Shown one piece after another: positions 1 through 10,276 of a stretch of DNA of 64,000 nucleotides. The stretch comes from an uncultured Gammaproteobacteria bacterium (GTDB lineage: Bacteria > Pseudomonadota > Gammaproteobacteria > Pseudomonadales > Litorivicinaceae). Where the stretch lies: positions 3,911-67,910 of the forward strand of contig CAJWIY010000004.1 in assembly GCA_913042205.1 (NCBI GenBank), read 5' to 3'. A model generated the notes under the pieces. The model made no database searches. It was not told the origin of the DNA and saw nothing but the letters and a program-made list of their open reading frames with translations. Position 1 is the stretch's first letter; each line of letters opens with the position of its first letter. Made by a program: the position numbers and the translations under genes.

Positions 1-60
1 GACAGCACGGAAAATTGCAAGCGGTGAAATATTTGCTCACTTAGCACATTAGGAACCAAC

Positions 61-783
61 GTGGAGCCAATTTATTTAGCAGCCATAGCCTTCTGTAGCT
101 CAATGTTCACGGCATGCGCGGGTCTTGGTGGGGGGATTTTATTACTCGCTTTGATGCTACAAATATTTCCGCCAAACGTCGTGATACCGCTCCATGGGAT
201 CACTCAATTCTTCTCAAATGCAAGCCGTGCCCTCATCCTCAGACAATTCATCGTCAGACAATACGTTGTCCCCTTCACCATAGGCTCATTAATCGGCGTT
301 ATCGCATTTATTCCACTAATTGCCCTGTTCAATCAGGTGATTGGATCATTGATTCTTGGCGTCTTTATTCTTATCGCCACATGGAGACCGAGCTATTTAA
401 AACTTAGGTCCGTTCATGCAACAGTCAGCGGAGCAATTACAGGGGGATTGGGATTAATTTTAGGGGCGATCGGACCACTGGCGATGTCAGCACATCCCAA
501 AGAGGCCTGGAGCAAAGAACAAATCGTTTCAAACCATGCAACAGTAATGGCTTGCCAGCATGGATTAAAGGTGGTCGCTTTTACCGCCATTGGAATCAAT
601 TTAATTGATTACACAAAAGAGTTGTTTGGGCTAATCATCGGGGCATCGATCGGAACCTATGTGGGGACACGACTTCTAAAACGGATAAGCGACGACCGCT
701 TTAAAATGGCGTTAAATATTGTTCTAACCTTCTTGGCTTTGCGCATGATTTACGAAAATATTCTGTTATTAGTTATAAATTAG
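61..783 (+). CDS. TSUP / TauE-SafE family (DUF81) membrane permease
   Basis: 240-aa ORF with GTG start. Multi-helix hydrophobic profile with the family-typical glycine-rich first helix (CAGLGGGILLLALM) and a second-half repeat (GAITGGLGLILGAIGP). Ends 4 nt before the TPP-enzyme gene. Confidence 0.8.
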   Translation: MEPIYLAAIAFCSSMFTACAGLGGGILLLALMLQIFPPNVVIPLHGITQFFSNASRALILRQFIVRQYVVPFTIGSLIGVIAFIPLIALFNQVIGSLILGVFILIATWRPSYLKLRSVHATVSGAITGGLGLILGAIGPLAMSAHPKEAWSKEQIVSNHATVMACQHGLKVVAFTAIGINLIDYTKELFGLIIGASIGTYVGTRLLKRISDDRFKMALNIVLTFLALRMIYENILLLVIN

Positions 784-787
784 AGTC

Positions 788-2440
788 ATGAAATATTTTG
801 AATATTTTGCTCACTGTGTTTTTCACCAAGAGGTTAAGCACTGTTTCGCCCTGCTCGGGGACGCAAACATGCAGATCGCTGCAGTCATGGCGGATCTGGG
901 AATTACGTTTACTTATGTGCAACACGAGCATTGCGCGGTTGCCGCCTCAATGGCATATGCCAGAAAAACCAAAACAATTGGTGTATCAACCGTCACCTGC
1001 GGCCCTGGTCTGACCCAGACCACGACCGCACTTCCGGCGGCGGTTCGAGCGAGCATCCCTTTGGTCATTTTCGCCGGCGAATCACCGCTAAACAAAAGTT
1101 GGTACAACCAACAAATAGAACAGCGGCCCTTGGTCGAAGCTACCGGGGCAAGATACCTTGCGCTGCACAGTCATCATAGATTTGAAGAAGGGATTCAAGA
1201 AGCGTTCTTGACGGCGGAGCGGGATCAAATTCCTGTAGTCATCGGGACGCCGTTCGATCTTCTTCATAACAATTGCACCGCGCCGCCGAAGAATGACTAT
1301 CCGTTATTTAAAATCTATCAAGAGTCTGTCAGCTTGCCCTCCGCCAGTAAGGACGATGTTCTAGCTCTTGTCAGTGCAATGACACAAGCAGAGCGACCAA
1401 TCATTATGGCAGGTATCGGTGCATCTGAGCCTGCTACGGTCCACCAACTAGCGGTACTCGCCGAAAAATGTGATGCGTTTCTTGTGACAACGCTGCCTGC
1501 GAGAGGTCTATTCCACAAAGATCCATTTTATTTGGGAGTAGCTGGTGGGTTTGCGTCACAAGTAACCCGCAGATTTCTCGCTGATGCTGATTTGATCGTA
1601 ACCTTCGGGGCTTCGATTTCGAGCCACAACTCAGACCAACAAAAACTCTGGCCCAATGCGTTTGTGATCCAAGTCACGCTCAACCCTCAGCTCTATTTCC
1701 AAGGTAACAAGACATCGAATCGAATTATCGTAGGTGATTCCTATCAGATAGTGAGCGAATTGAACCAACAAGTTGACCAAAAGCCTTTCTCGAACCGGAC
1801 TGCAGAAAATATGCGGGAAATTGAAGAAACACCCATCGATGGATCTGAGTTTTTTGAATATCCGGACGGAATAAACCCGTTACAAGCCGTCAAGCTCATA
1901 AATGAGAAAATCCCCGATGGCTGGCAAATTGTTAACTCTTCCGGTCATTGCTCTTACTTCTTCTCACACATGAAAAATAGAGGCCACGAACAGTTCCTCA
2001 CCATTCGAGAATTCGGCGCAATAGGAAACGGATTATCTTTCGCTATGGGTGTGGCGGTCGCGACATCGCAACCGACGGTACTACTCGATGGTGATGGTAG
2101 CTTTTTAATGCATGTCCAAGAGCTTGAAACTATCCGAAGGACTGGAATGCCAGTGGTCTCATGTATATTTAATGACGGGGGGTATGGTTCTGAGTTTCAC
2201 AAGCTCAGGGCCGAGGGACTTCGCGACGATGGCGCAAATTTTGGTCACTCAGAGCTTCACCAGATCGCACGAGGCTTCGATATCAAGGGGTACCTAGTAG
2301 AGAACCTCAAACAGCTCGAAGATGCACTATCCGAGCTACAGAAATTTCCAGTTGCTGCTGTTCTTGACATCCGCATCTCACCATCTGCGGTATCTCCCGT
2401 AATTACTCGCAGCCATGGTAAGCCCGGGACCCATCGATGA
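788..2440 (+). CDS. Thiamine-diphosphate-dependent enzyme (acetolactate synthase / benzoylformate decarboxylase superfamily)
   Basis: 550 aa. N-terminal PYR domain with a conserved Glu context (VQHEHCAV). C-terminal TPP/Mg motif GDGSFLMHVQELETIRRTGMPVVSCIFNDGGYG. Confidence 0.8.
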   Translation: MKYFEYFAHCVFHQEVKHCFALLGDANMQIAAVMADLGITFTYVQHEHCAVAASMAYARKTKTIGVSTVTCGPGLTQTTTALPAAVRASIPLVIFAGESPLNKSWYNQQIEQRPLVEATGARYLALHSHHRFEEGIQEAFLTAERDQIPVVIGTPFDLLHNNCTAPPKNDYPLFKIYQESVSLPSASKDDVLALVSAMTQAERPIIMAGIGASEPATVHQLAVLAEKCDAFLVTTLPARGLFHKDPFYLGVAGGFASQVTRRFLADADLIVTFGASISSHNSDQQKLWPNAFVIQVTLNPQLYFQGNKTSNRIIVGDSYQIVSELNQQVDQKPFSNRTAENMREIEETPIDGSEFFEYPDGINPLQAVKLINEKIPDGWQIVNSSGHCSYFFSHMKNRGHEQFLTIREFGAIGNGLSFAMGVAVATSQPTVLLDGDGSFLMHVQELETIRRTGMPVVSCIFNDGGYGSEFHKLRAEGLRDDGANFGHSELHQIARGFDIKGYLVENLKQLEDALSELQKFPVAAVLDIRISPSAVSPVITRSHGKPGTHR

Positions 2441-2451
2441 GCGAGGCTCGA

Positions 2452-3699
2452 TCAATTTTTCTGCATCTTTTGCGAGAGATCTGAGATCTTATCTAGCGCG
2501 TAAAGCTCCGGGAACTGTTTTCGGCTCCAGAAAAGGAATCCGAGACTCATGATACCCCCTGCTAACACAGTAAAAGTGGGCCCGATCACTCCGGCTAATG
2601 CTCCCCCGCGCACATCACCCCCCTCGTTACTCGTCTGAATAAATAACATATTCACAGCCGCGACACGTCCACGCAGATTCTCAGGAGTGGCGGCCTGAAC
2701 CATCCCCATTCGAATGTTGACGCTAACCATGTCTGAGGCTCCGTAGAAGAAAAGTGCTAGCAGTGACAGTACAAAAATCTCTGAGACCGAGAACACCAGA
2801 ATAGAGCTCGCGAATACAATCAAAGAGATCCAAAGCTTGATACCCGCACTACTAATTTCATGGCGCCTGGTCGAGAGGAACACGCCCATCAGCACGCTAC
2901 CGATCGCCGGCATTCCTCGCATCAATCCAAGTTCCTCTGGACCCACGTGAAGGATATCCGCGGCAAATACCGGTAATAAAACCATGACTGAACCAAGACC
3001 GACCATCAACAGGTCGATAGTGAGCCCACCGAGGACAATTGGTTTATCGCGAACATATTTGATCCCAGCAAGGAGCGTTTTCAGCCTGTCGCCCTTTTCG
3101 TGAGGAATTTTAATTGACGGGATAAAGAGGTACCCGATCAGGGTTGCTGCCGAGGCTATCGCAATCACATAATAAACCTGTCGATCGATCATTAAGATCA
3201 GATATCCCGCAATCACTGGTCCTACAATGGACGCCCCGTTCCATGAGGTACTGCTCATTGCGATCGCCCTGTCTAGGAGCTTACGCGATACGATATTGGG
3301 AACGATGGCATGAAGCGCAGGGCCGTGAAACGCGCGTCCTGTGCCGTGCAGGAAAATCAGGCCATAAAGAATAAAACGGTCAGGATTTTCCTGTGTCAAA
3401 ACTTGCGCGATGCCGATCACGGCTGATGCCTCTAAAATGGCACAAACCCTGACCACCCAAACTCGTGGGAAACGATCGATTGCGTACCCTGAGATAAAAA
3501 AGAAGACGTAAACTGGGATGATCTGCATGAGGCCAACCAGAGCAAGGCTCCATGGGTCACCTGTGAGCTCATACAGGTGCCAACCAATGGCGACGATCAG
3601 CATTGTATTGGCAATACCAAGAGCAACCCGCGCAGTCAGATAACCGACAAATGCGTTAGACAGAAGACTATTCAATCGGGTGTTCCACACGTCGAGCAA
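2452..3699 (-). CDS. MFS transporter
   Basis: 415 aa with about 12 hydrophobic helices in an MFS-like layout. Converges on the TPP gene with an 11-nt gap. Confidence 0.75.
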   Translation of the reverse strand: MLDVWNTRLNSLLSNAFVGYLTARVALGIANTMLIVAIGWHLYELTGDPWSLALVGLMQIIPVYVFFFISGYAIDRFPRVWVVRVCAILEASAVIGIAQVLTQENPDRFILYGLIFLHGTGRAFHGPALHAIVPNIVSRKLLDRAIAMSSTSWNGASIVGPVIAGYLILMIDRQVYYVIAIASAATLIGYLFIPSIKIPHEKGDRLKTLLAGIKYVRDKPIVLGGLTIDLLMVGLGSVMVLLPVFAADILHVGPEELGLMRGMPAIGSVLMGVFLSTRRHEISSAGIKLWISLIVFASSILVFSVSEIFVLSLLALFFYGASDMVSVNIRMGMVQAATPENLRGRVAAVNMLFIQTSNEGGDVRGGALAGVIGPTFTVLAGGIMSLGFLFWSRKQFPELYALDKISDLSQKMQKN

Positions 3700-4261
3700 A
3701 CAAGCGGGATTTCACCGCGTACTGGGGCTCCTCTACTTCGCCAAAAAAGTCTTCAATGATGACAAATTCGTCTCCAACAAACTTTCTAAGCTCGCCGGGC
3801 TTTAATAAGAAATTTGGGTTGCTGGGTTTGCCGAAACGTTCGTTCCCCTCGCCAAATGTCTCGTAAACCAAAAAGCCTCCCGGGCTGACCAAGTCAATGG
3901 TGTTAATTAGATGAGGTCGGTAAAGGTAATTTGAGACCAGAACGATGTCATAACGATGGCCTTCCATTGGCCAAGCGTCTTGCTCAAGATCGATACACCG
4001 GAAATGAATATGAGTATCTCTAAAATATTTCGATAACTCGGGGTTCCGGTCTATAGCGGTCACATCAGAGACTATATTTGACAACAGAAAACTGTGCCTA
4101 CCTGCACCTGAGGCTATATCAACCGCATGCCCTACAGGACCACCAACAGAGTCCAGTTTCTTCTTTATCCACTCAGATGGTTCGGAGCTTCCATGAACCT
4201 TTGCGTTCACACGAACAGCCAGTAAATTAGTAACGCACCAACAACAAAGCCCTCGATCCAA
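3668..4261 (-). CDS. Class I SAM-dependent methyltransferase
   Basis: SAM motif I context VDIASGAGRHSFLL, followed by acidic post-I and motif II-like stretches (AIDRN, DIVLVSNYL, SPGGFLV). Start uncertain: TTG at 4261 or GTG at 4210. Overlaps the MFS start by 32 nt. Confidence 0.65.
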   Translation of the reverse strand: MDRGLCCWCVTNLLAVRVNAKVHGSSEPSEWIKKKLDSVGGPVGHAVDIASGAGRHSFLLSNIVSDVTAIDRNPELSKYFRDTHIHFRCIDLEQDAWPMEGHRYDIVLVSNYLYRPHLINTIDLVSPGGFLVYETFGEGNERFGKPSNPNFLLKPGELRKFVGDEFVIIEDFFGEVEEPQYAVKSRLFARRVEHPIE

Positions 4262-4325
4262 CAGAGGCCTAGCGCCATGATCGGTCTCTCGTGGATCAGT
4301 TGTCTAAGTAATTCTGCAAACATGG

Positions 4326-5432
4326 TTACAATATTACCACCGATGTACGAGCTAGCTTACCAACTGCAGCGCACACGCGGTGACCGAATTCATCAGTATT
4401 GACGGACCCACCCAAATCTCTTGGCCAGTTTTCTGGATTGCTCAAAACCTGATCAATAGCCATTTCAGTCAAACGTCCGGCTTCGCTCAATTTTGTATTA
4501 CCACGATGGTCGCCGATCCATGTCAGCATCATCGCAAGCGACAGGATAAGGGAAGTAGGATTCGCGACATTTTTCCCCGCTAGATCTGGCGCAGACCCGT
4601 GCTGAGCCTGGGCCATACAGCGACCATTTTCGGCATTAGTATTAATTGATCCAGCGAGACCGAGCGACCCAGACAGTTCAGAAGCCAGATCAGATAAAGT
4701 ATCGCCATAAAAATTGGTTGTGACGATTACATCATAGACTTCAGGCTGGCGAATCAAGAGAGCAGCGAATGCGTCGATCAGGATCTCTTCGGTCTCAACA
4801 TCTGGATATTCGTTCGATACCGCCCTGAAACACTCAAGGAACAAACCATCGGTCATAAAAAAAATATTGGCTTTGTGGATTGCGGCAATTTTTTTTCGTC
4901 GCCTGGATGCTGCATCAAAGGCCTGCCTGCAGATTCTCATACAGCAACGTCTAGAAATTTTTCGCACCGAGAGTGCCATGTCTGGGTCTGGCATCATCTC
5001 ACCAACCCCTTGATACATATTACGATCGGAATAAAAACCTTCTGTGTTTTCCCGATAAATTACCAGATCCATGCCCGGTGCCTTATTTTGAATACTGGGT
5101 CTCGACCTGGCCGGCCTCACGTTTGCGTACAAGTCGAGCCCGATCCTAAAACCTCCCGACACATTTCTTCCACCGTCAGCGACAGACGGATAATCCATGG
5201 TTGACATGGGCCCCAAAATTACACCATCGAAATCAGTCTCGGCCTTTTCTAGGAGCTCTTCACGGAGTGTGATTCCATACTTTTTTAACGAATCAAACCC
5301 GGCTAAATCACGCTCCAGGTCAATGGAGAGACCTAACTCCGAAATAAGAGTGTCGAGTACCGACTCAGTTGCATCGGCAATCTCCGGACCGATACCGTCA
5401 CACGGCACGCAAAGAAATCGTAGATCACTCAA
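4326..5432 (-). CDS. Isocitrate / isopropylmalate / tartrate dehydrogenase family (decarboxylating 2-hydroxyacid dehydrogenase)
   Basis: 368 aa. TTG start preceded by AGAGG. Family signature NFYGDTLSDLASELSGSLGLAGS and N-terminal PCDGIGPEI. Confidence 0.85.
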   Translation of the reverse strand: MSDLRFLCVPCDGIGPEIADATESVLDTLISELGLSIDLERDLAGFDSLKKYGITLREELLEKAETDFDGVILGPMSTMDYPSVADGGRNVSGGFRIGLDLYANVRPARSRPSIQNKAPGMDLVIYRENTEGFYSDRNMYQGVGEMMPDPDMALSVRKISRRCCMRICRQAFDAASRRRKKIAAIHKANIFFMTDGLFLECFRAVSNEYPDVETEEILIDAFAALLIRQPEVYDVIVTTNFYGDTLSDLASELSGSLGLAGSINTNAENGRCMAQAQHGSAPDLAGKNVANPTSLILSLAMMLTWIGDHRGNTKLSEAGRLTEMAIDQVLSNPENWPRDLGGSVNTDEFGHRVCAAVGKLARTSVVIL

Positions 5433-5552
5433 CCAAAACCTCTAAAACTCCGTCAGATTAGTTAAGAAAGAATAACACTGGCTGGGCCCACAATCGTCCG
5501 CCTTAAAAAGTGGCGTGGTCAGTACTCGTGCTATCCCAGATTTTCGGCCTTA

Positions 5553-7076
5553 TCAAGCTGAAATTGCCCGCTTGCCTGGTTTTCGCTTAGGAGGCGCAAA
5601 TCCATCTCGTTGATTTTGAGATCCCCCATGTTTAGCGGATTGTTTTGGGTTATCAGACCAATGTTTTGCCTTCCCTAGTCGTGACTTCTGGCGTTTCTTT
5701 GCGCTAGGAGACGTAGAATCATGACCCCACTGTTTTTGCTTTTCCAGGCGATCATCTCCCCCTGAGGGCGACTGATTTAAACGAGCTTGTGTTTGCTTGC
5801 CAGTCTTTTTTTTCGAAATCATTTCGTCTCCGTAACGATTACGAGTTTTGTCCGTCTGGTTTTTTTGTTTATGGCTGGCATTACCGTTAGTTCGCCCACG
5901 AGATCCGTGTTTCCGTGGTTGAGGTTTATTTTTTTGCTTTTTCACCGGAAACTGAATTGCTGGCTCGAATCCATCAGCCACCTCAAACTCAACATTAATT
6001 TTTAGCAAATGTTGGATCTCTCTCATTAGTCGATGCTCTGTCGCACAAACAAATGAGATAGCGTCGCCTTTTTCGCCAGCTCGTCCCGTGCGACCTATTC
6101 TGTGGACGTAATCCTCTGCCACCATCGGTAACTCGAAATTTATAACGAAAGGAAGTTTCTGGATGTCTAGACCGCGCGCTGCAACGTCCGTCGCCACCAT
6201 CACCCGCGCCGCGCCGCGTTTAAACTTCTGGAGGGCTTTTGTCCGCTGCGCTTGACTTTTATTTCCGTGCATTGCCACCGCGGGCAAACCATCACCTGTC
6301 AGTGCCTTTGCCAACTTGTCGGCACCGTATTTGGTTTTGGTAAACACAAGCACCTGATGCATATCATTGAGGCCTATCATTTGTGTCAGCAGCTCTCGTT
6401 TCCGATGCTGATCCACGTGGACAAAGGTCTGATCGACTGATTCAGAAACGGTATTTCCTTTGGACACAGCCACCTCGACAGGATTAACGAGATATTTAGA
6501 GGCCAGTCTCTTGATGGCGCTGTTGTAAGTCGCCGAAAAAAGTAGCGTCTGCCGTTTCTCGTGACACCTTGATATCACCGTTTCAATGTCGCGGATAAAT
6601 CCCATGTCAAGCATCCGATCGGCCTCATCAAGAATCAACATCTGTACCTTAGAAAGATCAATCGAGCCCTGATTGAGGTGGTCGATCAGGCGACCAGGTG
6701 TTGCGATAACAAGATCAAGACCAGACTTAATGGCTCTGAACTGGCCGCCATAACTGACACCACCGAAGATGCTCGTCTGCTTCAGACCGAGTCCTTTTCC
6801 ATACCTTCGCGCGCTGTCAGCGACCTGGACCGCAAGCTCACGCGTGGGTGCGAGAACAAGTGCTCGAGGTGAGCGAACACTGGTAGCTGCGTATAATTTC
6901 TGTATCACCGGCAGAATGAATGCAGCTGTTTTTCCTGTCCCTGTTTGCGCACCAGCCAAAATATCACAGCCATTGAGGATTGCAGGGATCGATTCAGACT
7001 GCACCGGGGTCGCGGCGCCATAGCCCGCGTTAGAGACGAGTTCAGGCAACAAGCCTAAGTCTTGAAAGCGCATCAT
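5553..7076 (-). CDS. rhlE: DEAD-box ATP-dependent RNA helicase, RhlE-like
   Basis: Q-motif region (GYGAATPVQ), Walker A AQTGTGKTAAF, DEAD, SAT and HRIGRTGRAG. Long Lys/Arg/Gln-rich C-terminal tail. Confidence 0.9.
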   Translation of the reverse strand: MMRFQDLGLLPELVSNAGYGAATPVQSESIPAILNGCDILAGAQTGTGKTAAFILPVIQKLYAATSVRSPRALVLAPTRELAVQVADSARRYGKGLGLKQTSIFGGVSYGGQFRAIKSGLDLVIATPGRLIDHLNQGSIDLSKVQMLILDEADRMLDMGFIRDIETVISRCHEKRQTLLFSATYNSAIKRLASKYLVNPVEVAVSKGNTVSESVDQTFVHVDQHRKRELLTQMIGLNDMHQVLVFTKTKYGADKLAKALTGDGLPAVAMHGNKSQAQRTKALQKFKRGAARVMVATDVAARGLDIQKLPFVINFELPMVAEDYVHRIGRTGRAGEKGDAISFVCATEHRLMREIQHLLKINVEFEVADGFEPAIQFPVKKQKNKPQPRKHGSRGRTNGNASHKQKNQTDKTRNRYGDEMISKKKTGKQTQARLNQSPSGGDDRLEKQKQWGHDSTSPSAKKRQKSRLGKAKHWSDNPKQSAKHGGSQNQRDGFAPPKRKPGKRAISA

Positions 7077-7266
7077 GTTCCCACATTGTTTGACGACAAA
7101 TCGTCTTAAGCAAGCTCCGCCATACGATCCGTCGAGGGATCACTCAACGCGAGCCCGCTATGCGCTGAGAAGTGCGCACAGTACAGACTACTGGGGGCCG
7201 TTTCAAACTTTTTTCAAAACGACGTGTTAGTAATCACATCGTGACTAGACCTTCCTCGAGACCAAG

Positions 7267-8271
7267 TCACGAAAAACGAAACTGTTCCGAGTCGACCTCT
7301 CTGAGAATAGTCTCTGACCATCGCTCACCGATTATTGATTCAGGGCTCAAGATCGAGGCTGCTTTTGAAATAACATTTTCACTTACCACAGCACTTGCGG
7401 CATCAAGATTCTCTTTTGCCCGATCCTCAAAACGTGTGCCCGGTATCGCGAGCACATGGTCACCCTGGGCGATGACCCATGCCAGTGCGATCTGGGCCAC
7501 ACTTAGATCATGCTCGACCGCCAACAGAGTCAATTGATCCAATTTCTCGAGGTTTTTCTTAAAATCATTACCCTGGAAACGGGGCATCGTGTGTCGGATG
7601 TCTTTCTCTCCCAGGGTCGACATGTCTCGTACGATGCCCCCCATAAAACCGCGACCTAATGGTGAGTATGAGACAAACGTGATGTCGCTTTGCTCACACA
7701 ATTCTGACACCGCTACATTGGGTTGCCTTGTCCATAATGACAGTTCCGACTGCACTGCCGCGATCGAGCAAATTCCTAGAGCTTTCTTCAATGTCTCCGG
7801 TGACGGCTCAGATAGACCGATGAACCTGATCTTCCCTTGAGCCCTCATATCAATCAGTGCCCCAAGACTTTCTTCGACCGGTACGTTCAGATCGATCCGG
7901 TGCAGGTAATACAAATCGATACAGTCGGTGCCAAGCCGGCGCAGGCTGTCGTCACAAGTTTGTTTCAGAACGTCCGGCCGGCCATTTATTTCACGTTTAC
8001 CGCTGGCGTCGCGGTATAGGCCACACTTGGAAGCCAAAAAGTACTCTGATCGGCGGTGTCCGATCGCTTTTTTGAGTAACTCTTCGTTCTTTCCAAAACC
8101 GTACAAGGCTGCGGTGTCCAAGTGGTCGTAACCCATGTCGAGGATAGCGTTGAGCGTCCGCACGCTCTGCTCTTCACTACAAGGCTCATAGGCCTGAGAA
8201 AGACCCATACACCCATACCCGATCGCCTTTACACTTATGTCACCTAGTTTCACTGTTTTAGTTGCCATCAC
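7267..8271 (-). CDS. Aldo/keto reductase
   Basis: 334 aa. AKR-type stretches GYGCMGLS, HLDTAALYG, YLHRID and IPGTR. Confidence 0.85.
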   Translation of the reverse strand: MMATKTVKLGDISVKAIGYGCMGLSQAYEPCSEEQSVRTLNAILDMGYDHLDTAALYGFGKNEELLKKAIGHRRSEYFLASKCGLYRDASGKREINGRPDVLKQTCDDSLRRLGTDCIDLYYLHRIDLNVPVEESLGALIDMRAQGKIRFIGLSEPSPETLKKALGICSIAAVQSELSLWTRQPNVAVSELCEQSDITFVSYSPLGRGFMGGIVRDMSTLGEKDIRHTMPRFQGNDFKKNLEKLDQLTLLAVEHDLSVAQIALAWVIAQGDHVLAIPGTRFEDRAKENLDAASAVVSENVISKAASILSPESIIGERWSETILREVDSEQFRFS

Positions 8272-8328
8272 TTACCTTTCTGTTACCAAACTCATCCGTT
8301 ACAGCAGATGAGAACTTAAAAATTCAAG

Positions 8329-9207
8329 TCAAGAGGTCCAATAGAGACGCATCGGATTTTCGATAAGAAGCTTTTTTCGTAGTTCTTCGGTCTCGGCAAT
8401 CAGCGGAATCACATCAACCAGAGTACCGTCGTCAGGAGTGTGCGATTTCATGTTTGGATGAGGCCAATCAGTCCCCCACAGAACCCGGTTCGGGAATGCC
8501 TCAACTAGCGCCTTGGCGAACGGCACAACATCAGAGTAATCAGGCGGCTGCTGGGTCAACCGTTCTGGGCAACTGACTTTGGTCCAAATATTGGTATTTT
8601 CATTCAGTAATGACATAAATGCCCCAAACTCAGCGCTTTCTGGGCCGAGACTGACATTTGGCCGACCCATATGATCAACGACAACCACCTGATCCTTGGC
8701 AAGCGATTCGATAAAGGGCCTAAGTTCCTCAAGATCTGGGCTCTCGAAGTAAACCACGATATGCCAATCGAAAGCTTTGACACGATCGGCAAGATCAATA
8801 AAAACCTGTCGAGGGGTTGAGTCCACTAAACGCTTCACAAAGTTGAAACGGACTCCTCGGACGCCGGCATTGTTTAGTTGGCTGAGCTCATGATCAGTGA
8901 CATCGGACGACAAAACAGACACACCCCGGGCCAGGTCACCAGATGCTTCTAGTGCGTCAACAAGGGCCGCGTTATCTGATCCGTGGCAGCTAGCTTGAAC
9001 AATTACATTTCTCGAAAAACCAAGATAATCTCTTAATTCAAATAACTTTTCTTTTGGTGCATCACACGGTGTGTATTTACGCTTTGGGTGGTAGGGAAAC
9101 CGATCAGCTGGGCCAAACACGTGACAATGCGCGTCAACCGCACCGGCGGGTGGTTCATAAGATGGCTTCTTCGGGTTTGGATGAAATGGTAAATAATCTG
9201 GATCCAT
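8329..9207 (-). CDS. ligI: 2-pyrone-4,6-dicarboxylate lactonase
   Basis: 292 aa. Colinear, as I recall it, with Sphingobium SYK-6 LigI (VDAHCHVFGP, NVIVQASCHG, GVRGVRFNF, VVDHMGRP, WGTDWPHPNM, NPMRLYW). Confidence 0.9.
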   Translation of the reverse strand: MDPDYLPFHPNPKKPSYEPPAGAVDAHCHVFGPADRFPYHPKRKYTPCDAPKEKLFELRDYLGFSRNVIVQASCHGSDNAALVDALEASGDLARGVSVLSSDVTDHELSQLNNAGVRGVRFNFVKRLVDSTPRQVFIDLADRVKAFDWHIVVYFESPDLEELRPFIESLAKDQVVVVDHMGRPNVSLGPESAEFGAFMSLLNENTNIWTKVSCPERLTQQPPDYSDVVPFAKALVEAFPNRVLWGTDWPHPNMKSHTPDDGTLVDVIPLIAETEELRKKLLIENPMRLYWTS

Positions 9208-9214
9208 AGAATTC

Positions 9215-10276
9215 TCACTTCTCTAGAGGAAAAACAGTGCCCTCAAATAGTTTCCTCGCAGTTCGGAGTAACGCAGCACTTATTACTTGATCGCCTTTCG
9301 TGTGAGCAATGACGGTCATTTCTCCAGTCGGATGCTCAATCGGGAGCGTCTTCTCTGCATGGTCAGAAACATTCGCTATTCGGCGCGCCACTGTCCCCAC
9401 GGTAATCGCCGCCGTCGCCACGCTGACCGCGCCAAGTACGCCGATTGATGCGTGGCAACGGTGGGGGATAAATGTACGAGTAGAAATGCAACCACCTTTC
9501 GTTGCCGCACTCACCAAACTCATCTTGGGAACAGATTTCTCTGCCACATCCCCAAGACTCATCATAGGGCCGGCCTGTAATCGAATAGACTCTAGCCGCC
9601 TCTTCAGATCTACATTGTTGTCTAGCTCATCGCGTGGTTCCGTGCCACTTATTCCAAAGTCGGAGGCATTTAGGACAACCACAGGCATCCCATTGTCGAT
9701 CAGGGTGACGTCGATACCGTCGATTGAGTCCACGAGGTTACCACTTGGGTATAGGGCACCACAGGTTGAGCCTGCGGTTTCTTTAAATTCGCAGGTCACG
9801 GGAGCAGATTTCCCGGGCACCCCATCGATTTGAGCATCGCCCTGGTAGGTCACTTTCCCATTCGGGGTCTGGACCTGTAGTACCGCGGTCTGGTTGGTAT
9901 TTTCCATAAAGACAGTTACCGTTGTCACGTTTCCGGTCGCCTTCACCAACCCCTGCTCAACCGCATAAGGGCCAACAGCCGCCAAAATATTTCCACAATT
10001 CTGTGCATCGGTAACGATCGCTTGATCAACAAATACTTGAAGGAAGAGATAATCGATATCACAGTCCGGACGTGATGACTTTTTGACGACACCAACCTTT
10101 GAGGTTAGTGGATCTGACCCGCCCATCCCGTCAATCTGTCTGTGATCTGGAGATCCCATTATCTCCAGGAGCAACTGATTCCTTGTGTTCTCATCGGTTG
10201 GTAGATCAACCGCGTTAAAAATACCGCCTTTTGAGGTTCCGCCGCGCATCCACACGCAGGGAATGCCATTAGACAT
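9215..10276 (-). CDS. ligU: 4-oxalomesaconate tautomerase (PrpF fold)
   Basis: 353 aa. [27 protein letters not shown] and [20 protein letters not shown] match GalD/LigU-type tautomerases. Confidence 0.9.
   Translation of the reverse strand: MSNGIPCVWMRGGTSKGGIFNAVDLPTDENTRNQLLLEIMGSPDHRQIDGMGGSDPLTSKVGVVKKSSRPDCDIDYLFLQVFVDQAIVTDAQNCGNILAAVGPYAVEQGLVKATGNVTTVTVFMENTNQTAVLQVQTPNGKVTYQGDAQIDGVPGKSAPVTCEFKETAGSTCGALYPSGNLVDSIDGIDVTLIDNGMPVVVLNASDFGISGTEPRDELDNNVDLKRRLESIRLQAGPMMSLGDVAEKSVPKMSLVSAATKGGCISTRTFIPHRCHASIGVLGAVSVATAAITVGTVARRIANVSDHAEKTLPIEHPTGEMTVIAHTKGDQVISAALLRTARKLFEGTVFPLEK

Noticed and set aside
5553-5960. Lys/Arg/Gln/Ser-rich low-complexity coding stretch, considered as a separate gene or repeat element
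   Set aside because: It is in frame with and contiguous to the helicase core. Basic disordered C-terminal tails are normal for RhlE-type DEAD-box helicases.
9309-9833. 174-aa plus-strand ORF
   Set aside because: It is antisense to ligU, whose identity is strongly supported. No motifs, so it is a shadow ORF.
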